From the NCBI GenBank assembly GCA_038087875.1, contig CM075989.1, positions 19,592,001-19,656,000 of the forward strand: a stretch of 64,000 nucleotides of DNA, in the 5' to 3' direction. Made by a program: the position numbers and the translations under genes. Shown here in pieces: positions 48,796 through 62,993 of the stretch (positions within the stretch are counted from its first letter, which is position 1; each line of letters opens with the position of its first letter). Under the pieces are notes generated by a model. It was not told the DNA's origin and ran no database searches. It worked only from the letters and a program-made list of their open reading frames with translations. This DNA is from Malacoraja senta. Lineage: Eukaryota.

Positions 48796-49981
48796 CTCTA
48801 TCTTCAGTACAATAAACTCTCTATAAGACAATGCCACACACAAAGCACAATGGGTATTCTGAACAACAAATCACACTTCAACTGTTGTGAGTATGTGTAT
48901 ACATACACACACACACTGAACTTTTTTCTCTCTCTCTCGTTTATTAGATTGTTTACAGTGTACTATCTTTACATATTCTGTTGTGCTGCTGCAAGGAATA
49001 ATTCCATTGTTCTATCTGGGACATGGGACAATAAAACACTCTTGACTCTCAGTTGTGAAGGATTCATGGCCTTACCTGATTGAGCAACCCAGCCTCGTTT
49101 CAGCTTGAAATCGCCAGGTGAAAGATTGCTGGAGCAAAGTTTGGCTGAAGTTTGTATCTCTGGTGGTTGGGGGAAATGATGGAAGGTTGCCAGGTTTTGA
49201 CCAGGAAGGAAGAGGAAGGATGTCAGGGCTAAAGAGACCTAGGAATTCTGATCTGGATCAGGAGATCTGATCCCCATATCTGAGGAAGGATGTGCTGGCG
49301 TTGGAGAGTGGTGGTTTACGAGAATGATCCCAGGAATTATTGGGTTAGCATAAGATGAGTGTTTGACGGCACTGGGCCACTACTCAAGGATGAGGGGGCC
49401 CCTCATTAAAACTTACCAAATAGTGAAAGGCTTGGTTAGAGTGGATGTGGAGAGGATGTTTCCCCTAGTCAGGTTTCAAGTCTACTCCGCCATTCAATCA
49501 TGGCTGATCTATTTTTCCGTCTCAACCCCATTCTCATGCCTTTTCCTCATAACCTCTGACACCCGAACTAATCAAGAAACTGTCAATCTCTGTCTTAAAA
49601 ATATCCATGGACGGCCTCCACAGCCATCTGTGGCAATGAGTTCCACAGTTTCAACATCCTCTGACTAAAGAAATTCCTCCTCATCTCCTTCCTAAAGGTA
49701 CGTCCTTTTATTCTGAGGCTATGACCTCTGATTCTAGACTCTCCCACTGGTAGAAATTGTTCTATTTACACCAACAACAAGGAACAATATGTGCAATGGC
49801 ACCTTTTTGTCTACAAGAAAGGAACTAAATAACAATATTGCAGAAAAACATATTATTTAGGAATATGAAAGAGTATTATTCTTTCATGTTGCTAGTCTTA
49901 TTTTTGGTATAAAACATTGCTCAATTGCTCCGCTTCCCCACTGAATCAAAATGTCAAGGGTTCCACTTCCATTATATTAGG

Positions 49982-50283
49982 GGCGTAGCGGTAGAGTTGC
50001 TGCCTCACAGCGCCAGAGACCCAGGTTCGACCATGACTATAGGTGCTGTCTGCACGGAGGCCGCACGTTCTCCCCGTAATCTGCGTGGGTTTTCTCCGGG
50101 ATCTCCGGTTTCCTCCCACACAACAAGGACTTACAGATTTGTGCGTGAATTGACTTGGTCTGATTATAAATAGCCTCTAGAGTGTGTGTAGGATAGTGTA
50201 AGTGTGTGGGGATCGCTGGTCGGCCTGGACCCGGTGGGCCGAAGGGCCTTTTTCCGCACTGTATCTCTAAACTAAACTGAACT
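49982..50283 (+). mobile_element. HE1-like V-SINE
   Basis: Head, V-domain and tail. Confidence 0.9.
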
Positions 50284-50292
50284 AATCCCATG

Positions 50293-51368
50293 TAATCAAT
50301 TCTGCACATTCTCTCCTGTGTGCTTAAGCTCGAGATTTCTGTTTATTTGCCTTCTTCTGAAGTTGCTCATTTCCCTCATGTCAAATATATATTTGAGGTC
50401 TCATATTATCAATACCTTCCGTTGTCGTTTTTTCAAGTTTCACCACATATATGATTGGAAACATATCGGAAGAAACTTGAATATGACTGATTGCGATTCA
50501 AAGACACAAAGCTCCATAACTTCTATTATCAATAAATATCAGCTCAGATTTATTACATACCTTAACCAAAGAATATAAGCCTTCTATAAGGATGTAGCCT
50601 GGGCTAGAGGGGTCTGAGCTACAGGGAGAGGTTGAGTAGGCTGGGTCTCTATTCCTTGGAGCACAGGAGGGTGAGGGGTGATCTTATTGAGGTGTATAAA
50701 ATCATTCAGACGAATAGATCGGGCAGATGCACAGAGTCTCTTTCCCAGAGTTGGTGAATCGAGGGCCAGAGGACATAGGTTTAAGGTGAAGGGGAAAAGA
50801 TTTAATAGGAATCTGAGGGGATACTTTTTCACACAAAGGGTGGTGGGTTTATGGAACAAGCTGCCAGAGGAGGTAGTTGAGGCTGGGACTATCCCGACGT
50901 TTAAGAAACAGTTGGACAGGTACATGGATAGGACAGGTTTGGAGGGATATGGACTAAACACAGGCAGATGGGGCTAGTGTAGCTGGGACATGTTGGCCGG
51001 TGTGGGCAAGTTGGGCCTCTTTGCACACTGTATCACTCTATGACTCTACAAATTCAAGAATTGCTCTGAAAATCCCTTCGGTGCTTTACACATGGCGACG
51101 TGACCACAGAATTTTATTATTTCTTCCAGATATAACAACTCTTAATTTTTATCCAACATTGAGTCAGGGCTGACCATCTTGAGAGCTTCCACCATATTAT
51201 CTTCGCAAGGTTGTACTTCATCAAAGAATTGGCCGTTAGACGTGAGAGGATTCGCTCTGTCTCTTCAGCAAACTTTGCAAAAACAGATCCTGGACATAGG
51301 CCACTCTCGCAGACTATCTGCAGTAATCATAAATAAATGATTAAACTTTTAGTTGCGCTTACCGACAT
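50293..51368 (-). pseudogene. Possible decayed intronless secreted-protein ORF, split by a CR1 insertion
   Basis: MSVSATKSLIIYL*LLQIVCESGLCPGSVFAKFAEETERILSR(fs)..QPCEDNMVEALKM..ELLYLEEIIKFCGHV..(fs)LEFVEGLYSLVKVC; paralog at about 37 kb. Confidence 0.35.
50590..51047 (+). mobile_element. CR1/HER1-like LINE 3' end
   Basis: RIDRADAQSLFPRVGESRARGHRFKV...GLNTGRWG; probable TSD TCTAYAA. Confidence 0.9.
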
Positions 51369-52344
51369 GATAACCAATATACATTCAGTTCCATATTTTG
51401 GAGTGTCGTGTCCAGTTTGGTTTAGTTTAGTTTAGTTTAGAGATACAGCGCGAAAACAGGCCCTTCGGCCCACCGAGTCCGCACCGACCAGCGATCCCTG
51501 CACATTAACACTATCCCACGCACACTAGGTACAATTCTACATGTATACCAAGCCGATTAATCTACAAACCTGTACGCCTTTGTAGTGTGGGAGGAAAAAT
51601 GAAGATCTCGGTGAAACCCCACGACAAATACTTTGTTTGCACGGATGGGAGGTGCCTGGGTGCTTCCGTTTCCTCCCACATCCCAAAGACATGCAGATTT
51701 GTAGATGAATTGGTTTCTGTAAATAGGCCTCAGTGTGTAGGATGTGAAACTGGGAGAATGTAGAACTAGTGCACAGGTGATCGTTGGTCAGCGCAGACTC
51801 GGTGGGACGTAGGGCCTAATTCCGCACTGTTTCCCCAAATTAAACCCAATCATTTTACACCAGATAAGTCCTGTACCACAGCACAAAATGCTCTGTGTCT
51901 CATTCACTGCAGAATTCTAACCCAGCGGATTCTCAATTAAAATCTTAATTGGCCTAATGCACACTGTGCAAAAACACATCTCCTACGCAGGTGTATAAAT
52001 ATCTGCCATTATGAATCACTACTTTTATACTGATCTGGTGAACTTGAGGTGAATCTCTCTCTGTTCCCGTTTATGAGCAGGAGTGTTCTATCAATGGAAT
52101 TTTCTGCATTTAGTAAGAGCTTCAGTAAAAATGTAAAGCTTTTAGTGTCCTGAGTCTGTGTATTAACAATCCATACATAAGCTATTAAGCCCATTAGTTG
52201 TCACTTTCCAAATGTCTTTCCATGCCTCAGCTCTTAACCTTCACCTGCTGTTCCCTTTATTTTGGGAACGCCCTCATTGCCTGTTCCTTCCTGACCACGA
52301 CAACTCCAGAAAAATATTCCACCCAATAAATATTCCCTCTCTCC

Positions 52345-52740
52345 TGGGCCCCAGCTACGCCTGACATTTTATTGGTTACGTCGAACAGCCCTTCTTCCGA
52401 ACGTACGCTGGCACGTTCCCGCAAATCCCTCGACCCCATCGTCGACTGCATTGGGGCTGCCTCCTGCACCTGTGCAGACCTCATGTACCTCATTGACTTT
52501 ACCACTAACTTCCACCCTGCCCTCAAATTCACTTGGACTATCTCCGACACCTCTCTCCCCTTTCTTGATCTGTCTCCATCACCGACGTCTACTACAAACC
52601 TACCCACTTCCACAGTTATGTGGACTAGACGGAACAAGGGTAAAGTTTCCCCTTGGTCCTCACCTTTCACCCCACCAGCCTCTTCATCCAACACATCATC
52701 CTACGACAGTTCAGTCACCTCCAACGTTATCCCACCACCA
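52345..52740 (+). mobile_element. Penelope-like element RT fragment (decayed)
   Basis: GPSYA*HFIGYVEQ..., IVDCIGAASCT...FTTNFHPALKFTWTISDTSLPFLDLS, then PLVLTFHPTSLFIQHIILRQF; small related piece at about 37830-37885. Confidence 0.9.
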
Positions 52741-53068
52741 GCGATCCCTACACACTGGCACTATCCTACACACTAGGGGCAATTTACAATTTTACTGAAG
52801 CCATTTAACCTAAAAACCTTTGGAATTTGGGAGGAGACGGGAGCACCCGGAGAAAACCCACGCAGGCCACAGGGAGAACGTACAAACATAGTTAGGATCA
52901 AACCCGGGTCTCTGGGGCAGTAATTCTACCGCTGCACCACTGTGCCACCCAAATTGTTAGATTTATTATTACTTTTATATTATACACGGGTGAGCTGATG
53001 CCTGGGATGTCCCGAAATGCAGGATACTCGGCTACAAAGTTTGTGGTAGTGGGGGACTGCATAAAAAG

Positions 53069-53363
53069 GATGGCACGGTGGCACAGCGGCCTCAGTTGCT
53101 GCCTCACAGCGCCAGAGACCCGGGTTCGATCCTTACCTCGGGTGTTGTCTGTACGGAGTTTACACATTTTCCCCGTGACCTGCGTGGGTTTTCTCTGGGA
53201 GCTCCGGATTCTTCCCACACTCCAAAGACGTGTGGATTTGTAGGTTAATTGGCTTGGTATAATTGTAAATTGCCCCTAGTGTGTGCAGGATTGTGTTAGT
53301 GTGCGGGGATCGCTGGTCGGCGCGGACCCGGTAGGCCGAAGGGCCTGTTTCTCTAAACTAAAC
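53069..53363 (+). mobile_element. HE1-like V-SINE
   Basis: Head, V-domain and tail. Confidence 0.9.
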
Positions 53364-53881
53364 TCAACATGGCGTCTTCATCCACTCAGTGCTCTGATAG
53401 ATGGGAAGCATTCGACTGAGGGGAGCAGGATTGTTAAATGCACCTTTTGGTGAGAAAGAAGCCAGTTCGTGTTAAACCTTCCTCACGCGCCCCACGTCTC
53501 AAGATAAATTCCTGATCTTGCTAATAACCGCTGCCTTTTCCTTTCTCTGATCAGGAGGAGCAGAGGATAATTTATGATTCTGTGCTCCCGGAGGAGAAGA
53601 TGGTCAGGAAATTCAGGCAAGACACAAGAGAATATCCAATTGTAGCGTTACTCCCAAAGGCAAGACATAACGCATCGCCCAAACACCATGACAACAGCAG
53701 AATCTATCACCAACAGTCGGAATTGTACTGGGAGTTTGGTTGCCATTTGTTCTCAACGTTGCTTTGTGACAGATTCTGATAGTGGGAACCCAGGCTTATT
53801 TTAAAATGCTTGCCACAGCAAACATGTCAAATGATCATTTTTATTTATTTGTGCCCTTGTTTCTGGGATGCGAACATCATT

Positions 53882-54202
53882 GTTTAGTTTAGTTCACTGT
53901 ACTTTAAAGATATAGTGCAGAGACAAGCCCTTCGGCCCACCGAGTCCGCGCCGACCAGCGATCCCCGCACACTAATGCTATCCTACACACAATAGGGACA
54001 ATTTACAATTTTTACCGCCGCCAATTAATCTACAAACCTGTACGTCTTTGGAGTGTGGGAGGAAGCTGGAGTACCTGAAGAAAACCTATGCAGTCATGGG
54101 GAGAACGTACAAACACCGTACAGACAGCATCCGTAGTCAGGATTGAACCCAAGTCTCTGGTGCTGTGAGGCAGCGACTCCACCACTGTGCCACGAGCCGC
54201 CC
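53882..54202 (-). mobile_element. HE1-like V-SINE
   Basis: Reverse-complement consensus. Confidence 0.9.
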
Positions 54203-54788
54203 TTTCATAGTATTTTTGACAGTAGGGTAGAATATATTTAGGTCATAGATTTATGCATCACTGAAACAGGCCCTTCGGCCCAACTTATCCATGCTGATCT
54301 CACAGAGAAACACATTTTCTCACAGAGAGTGGTGAGTCTGTGGAATTCTCTGCCTCAGAGGGCGGTGGAGGCCGGTTCTCTGGATGCTTTCAAGAGAGAG
54401 CTAGATAGGGCTCTTAAAAATAGCAGAGTCAGGGGATATGGGGAGAAGGCAGGAATGGGGTACTGATTGGGGATGATCAGCCATGATCACATTGAATGGC
54501 AGAGCTGGCTCGAAGGGCCAAATGGCCTACTCCGGCACCTATTGTCTATCGTCTATTGATCACGGTCCCATCTAAGATAGTCTTAACTGCCCACATTTGG
54601 CCTTATCCCTTCACACCTTTCTCATCTACAGTATGTACCTGTCCAAGTGTCTTATAAATATTGTCATAGTTCCTGCCTCAACGACCTCCTCTGGCAGCTT
54701 GTTCCGTACACCCAATGTATTTCATATTCAAGTCTTCATTCCTGTTTGATACCATCAAAAGGCAGCGTTGGTTGGTTCTGCAGTCGTA

Positions 54789-55085
54789 GGGGTAGAGCTA
54801 CTGCCTCACAGCGCCAGAGACCCGGGTTCGATCCTGACCACGGGTGCTTGCCTGTACGGAGTTTGTACGTTCTCCCCGTGACCTGCGTGGGTTTTCTCCG
54901 AGATCTTCGGTTTGCTCCCACACTCCAAAGACGTACAGGTTTGTTGGTTAATGAGCTTGGTGGACATGTAAAATTGTCCCTCGAGTGTGTAGGATAGTGC
55001 TAGTGTGTGGGGGATCGCTGGTCGGTGCGGACTCAGTGGGCCGAAGGGCCTGTTTCCGCACTGTATCTCTAAAGTAATCTAAACT
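54789..55085 (+). mobile_element. HE1-like V-SINE
   Basis: Head, V-domain and tail. Confidence 0.9.
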
Positions 55086-56924
55086 AAATACAGCACACAA
55101 AAAAGACCACATATTTGACTTAATTTCGTACTGTCTGATTTGACCGGATGGCACGCAAACAAAAGCTTTTCACTGTATCTCGGTACACGTGACAATAATA
55201 CACCCAAACCAAAGGATAAAGCGTGGCTCCCGCTGTTACAAATGCAGGCCTTCAGTACATCATCCGGACTACCTGCTGCAATTTTGCGCATGTTTTGAAG
55301 CAGGAGCAATTAGTCTGAAAGTAAATAAAAAGCAGAACTCTGCAGAAAAACCGAGCAAACATGATGGTGTAAAGGTGAACACAACATGACACAGCAATCA
55401 GCCAGTGAAATATAATAAGTTAAGTTGAAATTTGGGAGTGAAAATTCTCTACTTCTCAACCATGTTTTTTTTTTAAAAGGGCAGTTTCAGTCACTTTTGG
55501 TTCAGTTGGCATTTTCTTCCGAGTTATCTTAATTTCTTCTCCACAGCACCGTGCTCCGAGGTGCAGCCATACATAATTCATGGCCTGGGGTCCTTTGTTG
55601 AAAAATTCCCGATGTTGCAAGCAGGAATGCTGCACACAGCTGTGTTTGGGCGAACGCCGGAGTTTTTGACACAACAAGCAGCTAACAAGTTCCCCCCCCC
55701 CCCTCCCACTAGAGCACAATTCGACACAAGCGGCACAATCGTGAGGAATCAGAAGCTCCCTTTGTGTGTGTGTTTTTTGCACGGGTTTTCGGTGCTACAG
55801 CTGACATCCCCACCAGCGGGCTGTGGTCACTCTCCATCCTGCCCACCCACCTCCCCTCCCCCACCTCATGCCCACGTCCTTCACGCCTGTCCACCGATCA
55901 ATATTAACAATTCTCCGGGAAATACAATGTCTCCATGGCAACAAAGCCACATATTCTCGATGGGAGACAGTGAGACCAGCGGTGAAGTCTCAAGAGGCTT
56001 TCAGTCTCACAAAGCAAGACATATTTTGACGTAGGAATGTCCGCTCGCCAAAGAAAAAGCAATAATTTCTATTTTCAAACATCAGATTAGCTGGGCCCGA
56101 GAATCGCCTTTCATTTTTGTGTTGGGATCATTATGTTGGAATGACAATGCACGAAATGAAAGATTACAGATTTGTATGAAAAAAAAAAGGTGCACTAAGT
56201 CCGCCATTCATTCAGAACCGCACCATTAGTTTGCAGTTCCAGGTAAAGGATTAGTGCAGGACTATGGCAAGAAACTCAGCAGTAAAGCAGGTGTCAAACT
56301 CCCGAGGCGTCTGGCTTTGAAGGGAGTAGCTGAAAGATAATCCTGGTGCCACGAGTCCAATCTGGGCAGGAGAGTGACCTCAGGGGTTTCGAACCGCACC
56401 CTTCCACAGAAAATCACATCTCGGCAGCTCTCTCGTGAGATGGATCAGGGGACGGTTCTCAGCTGCCCTGTCAGAGCTGGAAGCCTCTTAGCTCAGTTGA
56501 CAGGCCTCAGAGGGAGAGCGAATCACACAACAACAAAATAAATGTGTCGGAAGGAACTGCAGGTGCTGGCTTAAACCGAAGCTAGACACAAAATGCTGGA
56601 GTCGCTCAGCGGGTCAGGCAGCATCTCTCTGGAGAAAAGGAATAGGTGCCGTTTCGGGTCGAGTGTTAAGAAGGGTCTCGTTCAGAAACGTCACCCATTT
56701 CTTCTCTCCAGAGATGCTGCCTGTCCCACTGAGTTTCTCCAGCAATTTGTATCAAACTACAATAAAAAAATCAGCCTACAGGGACTAGCCTGGAAACTGA
56801 AGAAAGCAAGTGAATAAATAATTACACAAACACCCTTCAATCCCGAATGCAGAATAGAAACAAGGCGGGAAATTGCGTTAGGGGTTTTCCTTTGAAAAAC
56901 GTGAAGAATTATAGGTTGAAGATA

Positions 56925-57395
56925 TATAGACAATAGCTGCAGGAGTAGGCCATTCGGCCCCTCGAGCCAGCACCACCATTCAATGTGATCATGGCTGATC
57001 ATTCACAAACAGTACCCTGCTCCTGCCTTCTCCCTATACCCCTTGATTCCGCTAGCCCAAAGAGATATATCTAACTCTCTTTTGAATGCATCCAGTGAAT
57101 CGGCCTTCACTGCCTACTGAGGCAGAGAATTCCACAAATTCACAACTCTCTGTGTGAAAACGTTTTTCCTCTTCTCAGTTCTAAATGGCCTACCCCTTAT
57201 TCTTAAACTGTGGCCCCTGGTTCTGGACTCCCCCAACATCGGGAACATGATTTCTGTGTGTCCAATCCCTTAATATTTTATATATTTCTATAAGATTCCT
57301 TCTCATCCTTCTAAATTCCAGTGAATACAAGCCCAGTCGCTCCATTCGTTCATCAATAGTCCCGCCATCCCGGGAATTAACCTTCTGAACCTACA
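56925..57395 (-). mobile_element. CR1 LINE 3' end
   Basis: Reverse complement of MFPMLGESRTRGHSLRIRGRPF...VVNLWNSL. Confidence 0.9.
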
Positions 57396-57615
57396 AAACG
57401 CTGGAGTAACTCAGCGGGTCAGGCAGCTTTGCTGGAGGAAAGGATTAGGTGACGTTTCAGGTCGAGACCCTTCATCAGACTGAGGTTTTGAAGACGTCTG
57501 ATGAAGGGTCTTGACCAGAAACGTCACTTCTTCCTTTCCTTCAGAGATGCTGCCTGACCCGCTGAGTAACTCCAGCATTTGGTGTCTATCTTGTGTAAAC
57601 CAGCATCTGCAGTTC
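57395..57615. mobile_element. Penelope-derived palindromic element with two divergent CUGAUGA hammerhead-like cores
   Basis: GTGACGTTTCAGGTCGAGACCCTTCATCAGAC and GTCTGATGAAGGGTCTTGACCAGAAACGTCAC. Confidence 0.75.
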
Positions 57616-57837
57616 ATTCTTACACGAGAATTATAGCTAAACATTGCAAAATGTGGGTGGAGACAAAATGCTGGAGAAACTCAGCGGGTGAGGTCTCTCC
57701 AACATTCATCTGCAGTTCTTGCTTAAACATTGTAAAATGTGGAGTGAGTGCGGGACGTTACTGCAGTCACGAAGATGTCAAGGCCCTCTCTCCTTCCACA
57801 GCCACACAGTTTAGTTTAGTGGCTGTGATCAGCACGA

Positions 57838-59095
57838 AATCAGGCCCATCAGCCCACTGAATCTGCACCGACCCAGCGATCTCCACACATTAACACTATC
57901 CTACACACACGAGAGCCAATTTACATTTAGACCAAGCCAATTAGCCAACAAACCTGTACATCTTTAGAGTGTGGGAGGAAACAGAAGGTATCGGAGAAAG
58001 CCCGCGCAGGTGACTGGTAGATCGCACAAACTCCCTACAGACAAGCACCATGGTCAGGATCGAACCTGGGTCCCTGGCGCTGTAAGGCAGCAACTCTACC
58101 GCTGCGCCACCGTGCCGCCCCAGTCAGCACTCTACATTTCCCAGCTATCTTTCAATGGCTTTCACCTGGACTGTCAGACACTTCAATGGCACATCCATCA
58201 GCCACATCCTGGGCTCCTTGGTGCTCTGCCAAGCCTGTGTTGCCATCATGTGTCACCGTGTTCGCTGAAGCTGCAATGCAATAAAAAGATAAAACTACAG
58301 ATGAACGGCAGTAATAAAAAACATTTAACATCTTCACCACGGGTAATCTTAGCTCTCAGCAACAAAGATTGTGGCGCTGTGCTATTTTACGAAGAAATTT
58401 AGTTTAGTTCAGTTTAATTTAGAGATACAGCGCGGAAACAGGCCCTTCGGCCCACTGAGTATCGCTGGCCAGCGATCCCCGCACATTAACACTATCCTGC
58501 ACACACCAGGGACAATTTTACATTTGTACCAAGCCAATTAACCTGCAAACTTGTACGTCTTTGGAGTGTGGGAGGAAACCGAAGATCTTGGAGAAATCTG
58601 TAGGCAGCGACTCTACGGCTGCGCCACCGTGCTGCCCACAAACTTTAAATAGATCAAGTAATAGGTTGATGGGCGGCACAGCGGCAGAGTTGTTATTGAC
58701 ATAGACATTGTTTTTTACACCTCTATATAAAACTATGAGAGGCATAGATAGGGTAGACAGTCAGAACCTTCTCAGAGAGGAAATGTCAAAGAGTTAGGGG
58801 CGGCACAGTGGCATAGCAGTAGAGTCGCTGCCTTACAGCGCCAGAGACCCGGGTTCAATCCTGACTACGGGTGATCTCTTTACTGAGTTTGTACATTCTC
58901 CCTTTGACCATGTGGGTTTTCTCCGGGAGTTCTGAGTTTCTTCCCACACTCCAAAGTAGGTTAATTGCCTTTGGTAAGTTGTAAAATTGTCCCTAGTGTG
59001 TAGGATAGTGCTAGTCTACAGGGTGATCGCTGGTTGGCGCGGACTCTGAGGGCCGAAGGGTCTGTTTCCGCGCTGTTTCTGTAAAGTCTAAAGTC
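57838..59095. mobile_element. Three HE1-like V-SINEs (- at 57838-58121, - at 58399-58637, + at 58797-59095)
   Basis: SINE consensus matches. Confidence 0.85.
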
Positions 59096-60653
59096 CAAAG
59101 TACAGAAGATGGAGATTAAGCAAATATTGGTACGCAATTAATACATTCCAACATTAACAGAGAAGGTGTATGATATTCAGGAATAGTACGTAAAATGCCA
59201 TTGCTGTTATGTCTTGCTTGAATTACGATCTAGCAGGGACTGTGTTTTTGGTTGCACTTCTATTTTGTACTATTAGGTCTGATTATCGAGTATTTTCACC
59301 CAAAGACTAAAGGGGTGAGCTTTAAGGTGAAAGGGGTAACGCTGAGAGGAGATGACCAGGGAAAGTGTTATTTTCACACAGAGATGTGGACATTGGAAAC
59401 GCACTGGTAGGGGTGGTGGTGGAGGCAGATGCAATAGTGATATGTACCTGAAGAAGGTTTTAAATTGACACAAGGATATGCAACAAATGGAGGGATATGG
59501 ATCACGTGCAGGCAGAGGAGATTAGTTGAACTTTGGCATCATGTTCGGCACAGACATTATGTGTCACAGGGCCTGCTCCTGTTCTGCACTGTTCTATGTT
59601 ATGCCAACTCAACATCCCTCTACTCCTTTTTGAACCAAAGAAACAATGATCACAAACCTTTAAAAAAAAGTAGACATTTCTTTGTACATAATGATGATGT
59701 CTTTCATCAACTCAGCACGGACATTGTGGGCCAAAGGGCCTGATCCTGTGCTGGACTGTTCGATGCTCTATGTATTACTGATTATTAATTTATCCTATTA
59801 TTGATTGCTGTACATTTGTTAGAGAGTTGTTGCAATGATGAGCCTGTAATACTGCACCAAATAAGAATACATTGTGAATGGCTTGATTGTAATCATGTAT
59901 TGTCTTTCCGCTGACTGGTTAGCATGCGACAAAAAGCTTTTCACTGTACCTCAGTACTCGTGAGAATAAACTGATTTAACTGATTTAAGAAATGACTGAT
60001 AACTGATCATTTAATTGTTCCATTGCGGTACATAAGACAATTAAACATTCTCGACTCTTGCCAACTCTTACTGATTGAATATGACCGCATATTTAATTAT
60101 ATTTGAAGCTGATATTCCTACACACCCAAATGTGATTAGATATTGAGAATATTCACCCTGAAATCGATGTAAAAATTTGGGGCGTGACATTGAGGTGTAC
60201 AAGGCATGGCTAAAGTCAACGTTCACAGTCTTTTTCCTCAGCTAGATGATTTCAAAAGTAGCGGGAACAGGATTAAGGTGAGAGATTTAAGAGCGACCCC
60301 AGAGGCAACTTCTTCACTCAGACGGTAGTCCATATCTGGAACGATTTGCCAGAGGAAGCTGTAGAGTGGGTACAATTACGGCTTTTAAATGGTATTTGGA
60401 TAGATATATGACGAGGACGGGTTTAGAAGGATATGGGCCAAATGCAGGCAAAGTGGACTAGCCCCGTGGACAAAGTGGGCCGAAGGGCCTGTTTCCATGC
60501 TGTACAGCTCCATGACCATGATAGAAATATGGGCTTATTAAACTATAAATTATTAAGACTAAACAAGAATATAAGCATAACATATGAAAATAAAACTGAT
60601 ACGTTAAGGCCAATGGTCATGTGCATCTATTACCAATCCCATTATCAACCAAC

Positions 60654-60825
60654 ACTCTCTCTCTCTCTCTCTCCCTCTCTCCCTCTCTCTCTTTTTTCCC
60701 TTTATCTCTCTCTCTGTCACGATCTCTGTCTCTGTCCTTTGCTCTCTCTTGCTCTCTCTCATTCTAGCCCTCTCATCCCTCTCTCCATCTCTCTCTCGTT
60801 CTCTCTCTCTCCATCTCGATCTTTT
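60654..60825. repeat. (CT)n microsatellite / low complexity
   Basis: CTCTCT run. Confidence 0.9.
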
Positions 60826-61224
60826 CATATGCAGAGACACAGATGTGGAACTGAAAGCTAAAAACCTCACTTTTAAATGATCAGTTACCATTACACTGAC
60901 AAGGAAACAGAGTTTGTTTCACAGAGTTGACATTAATGGTGACAAATTACACTACAGTGAATTAAAAAGAATCTACGCGAGGAAAACAATGTATTTGATC
61001 TCTGCTGAGTCAATTTTAAAAGAGACCCACTATACCCGAGTATATTAAAATGCAGACAACCAACTAATCAAATCCCTTTGGTTATTTAAAGGAATAGATC
61101 CAAGATATAGTTGCAAAGGTGTGAAATAAAAGTCTACTAATTAATGCATGGTTTTCCAGATGAATGATTAGCAACTACAGAGGGATACAATATCAAGCCC
61201 ATTCTCCATAGAGAAATAGAACCC

Positions 61225-61860
61225 CAGTCATAGAGTGATACAGTGTGGAAACAGGCCCTTCGGCCCAACTTGCCCAAACCAACCAACATGTCCTATCTAC
61301 ACTAGTCCCATCTGCCTGCGTTTGGCCCATATCCCTCTAAACTAGTCCTATCCATGTACCTGTCCAAATGTTTCTTAAACGTTGCGATAGTCCCTGCCTC
61401 AACTACCTCCTCTGGCACCTTGTTCCATAAACCCACCACACTTTGTGTGAAAAGGTTACCCCTCAGCTTCTATTAAATCTTTCCCCCTTCACCTTAAACC
61501 TATGTCCTCTGGTTCATGATTCCCATATTCTGGGCAAGAAACTCTGTGTGTCTACCCGATCTATTCCTGACATGATTTTGTACACCTCTATAAGATCACC
61601 CCTCATCCTCCGGAGCTCCAAGGAATAGAGCCCCAGCCTGCTCAACCTCTCCCTATAGCTCAGACCCTCTAGTCCTGGCAACATCCTCGTTAATCTTCTC
61701 TGCACCCTTTCCAGCTTGACAACATCTTTCCTATAACATGGTGCCCAGAACTGAAGACAATACTCTAAATGCGATGTCACCAACGTCTTATACAACTGCA
61801 ACATGACCCTCCAACTTCTATACTCAATACTCTGACTGTTGAAGGCCGACGTGCCAAAAA
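61225..61860 (-). mobile_element. CR1/HER1-like LINE 3' portion
   Basis: IEYRSWRVMLQLYKTLVTSHLEYCLQFWAPCYRKDVVKLERVQRRLTRMLPGLEGLSYRERL. Confidence 0.95.
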
Positions 61861-62993
61861 CTGATGAAGGCCAACATACCAAAAACTGATGGAGGTTAAA
61901 GTGCCAGACGGACCAGTCAGAAGGTTGTCTCAAGGCCACCGAGCTGAGAAAGCCTGGCTGGACACACTGCGTATTCCTGACAGAAACTCCACTAAGTCAT
62001 AGAGTCGTACAGCACAGAAACAGACCCTTCGACCCAACTGGTCCAAGCCGACCAAGATGCCCCATCTAATCTAGTCCCACTTAGCCACAGTTAGCCCAGA
62101 TCCTTCTCAACCTTTGCTATCCATGTACCTGACCTCCATCAGGCAGTGCATTGAGTATCAAAGTTGGGAGGTCATCTTTTCAAGATCGTTCCATGCCCTT
62201 CCGTGCATCAACTCATCATCTGCACAAAGAACTATTGTATCCATTCCTTCCACGGATGCGGCCCAACCAGCTGACTTCCTCCAGCACTTTGTGTTTTGTC
62301 CAATAACTTTGCAAACTTTGTCACAGTTGCAAAAGTCGCAGTTTACCACATAAACATTACCTCACATGTAACTTAGGCACCGTTATTCCTACAAACTTTA
62401 CTGATTTCTCATGATAAGGGAAGGCAGCAAAACAGCAGAGCCTTTGTCCTCATTTATCCTTTTCCACTCGTATCTCATCCCTCCGGCTTTACATTTCACT
62501 CCTCTTTTTCTTTCCTTATCTGACCCCCTTTTGTCTAATTTTCATCTCTAACCGTTGTCATTTACTCCACCCAGCTGGCAATCACACCTGTATCCACCTA
62601 TCACTCACCCGACCCTCACCTCTCTTTTCCAGCATTCTTCACCCCCCCCCCCCCCGAGAGTCAGGGGGACTCCAACAGTCTGAGGAAGGGTTCAGACCCG
62701 AAACATCGTCTGTCCATAATTTCCCCAGATACTGCCTGACCCGCTGAGTTCCTCCAGCGCTTTGTTTTTGCCACAAGATTCCAGCATCTGCAGCATTCTT
62801 GTGTTTCCAAAGGTGTGTTGACGGCAAAAGTGGACAACTTTACCGTCGCCACAACAGAAGCTCAGCCCAGTATTTCCAGTCAAGGTTAGCAAACTGAGAC
62901 GTTGACTCTCTCTCCAGACGCTGCCAGAATTGATGAGTATTCCTGGCATTTTCTGTTTTAATTTTGATATGAAATCCATGCTGACATGATGAT

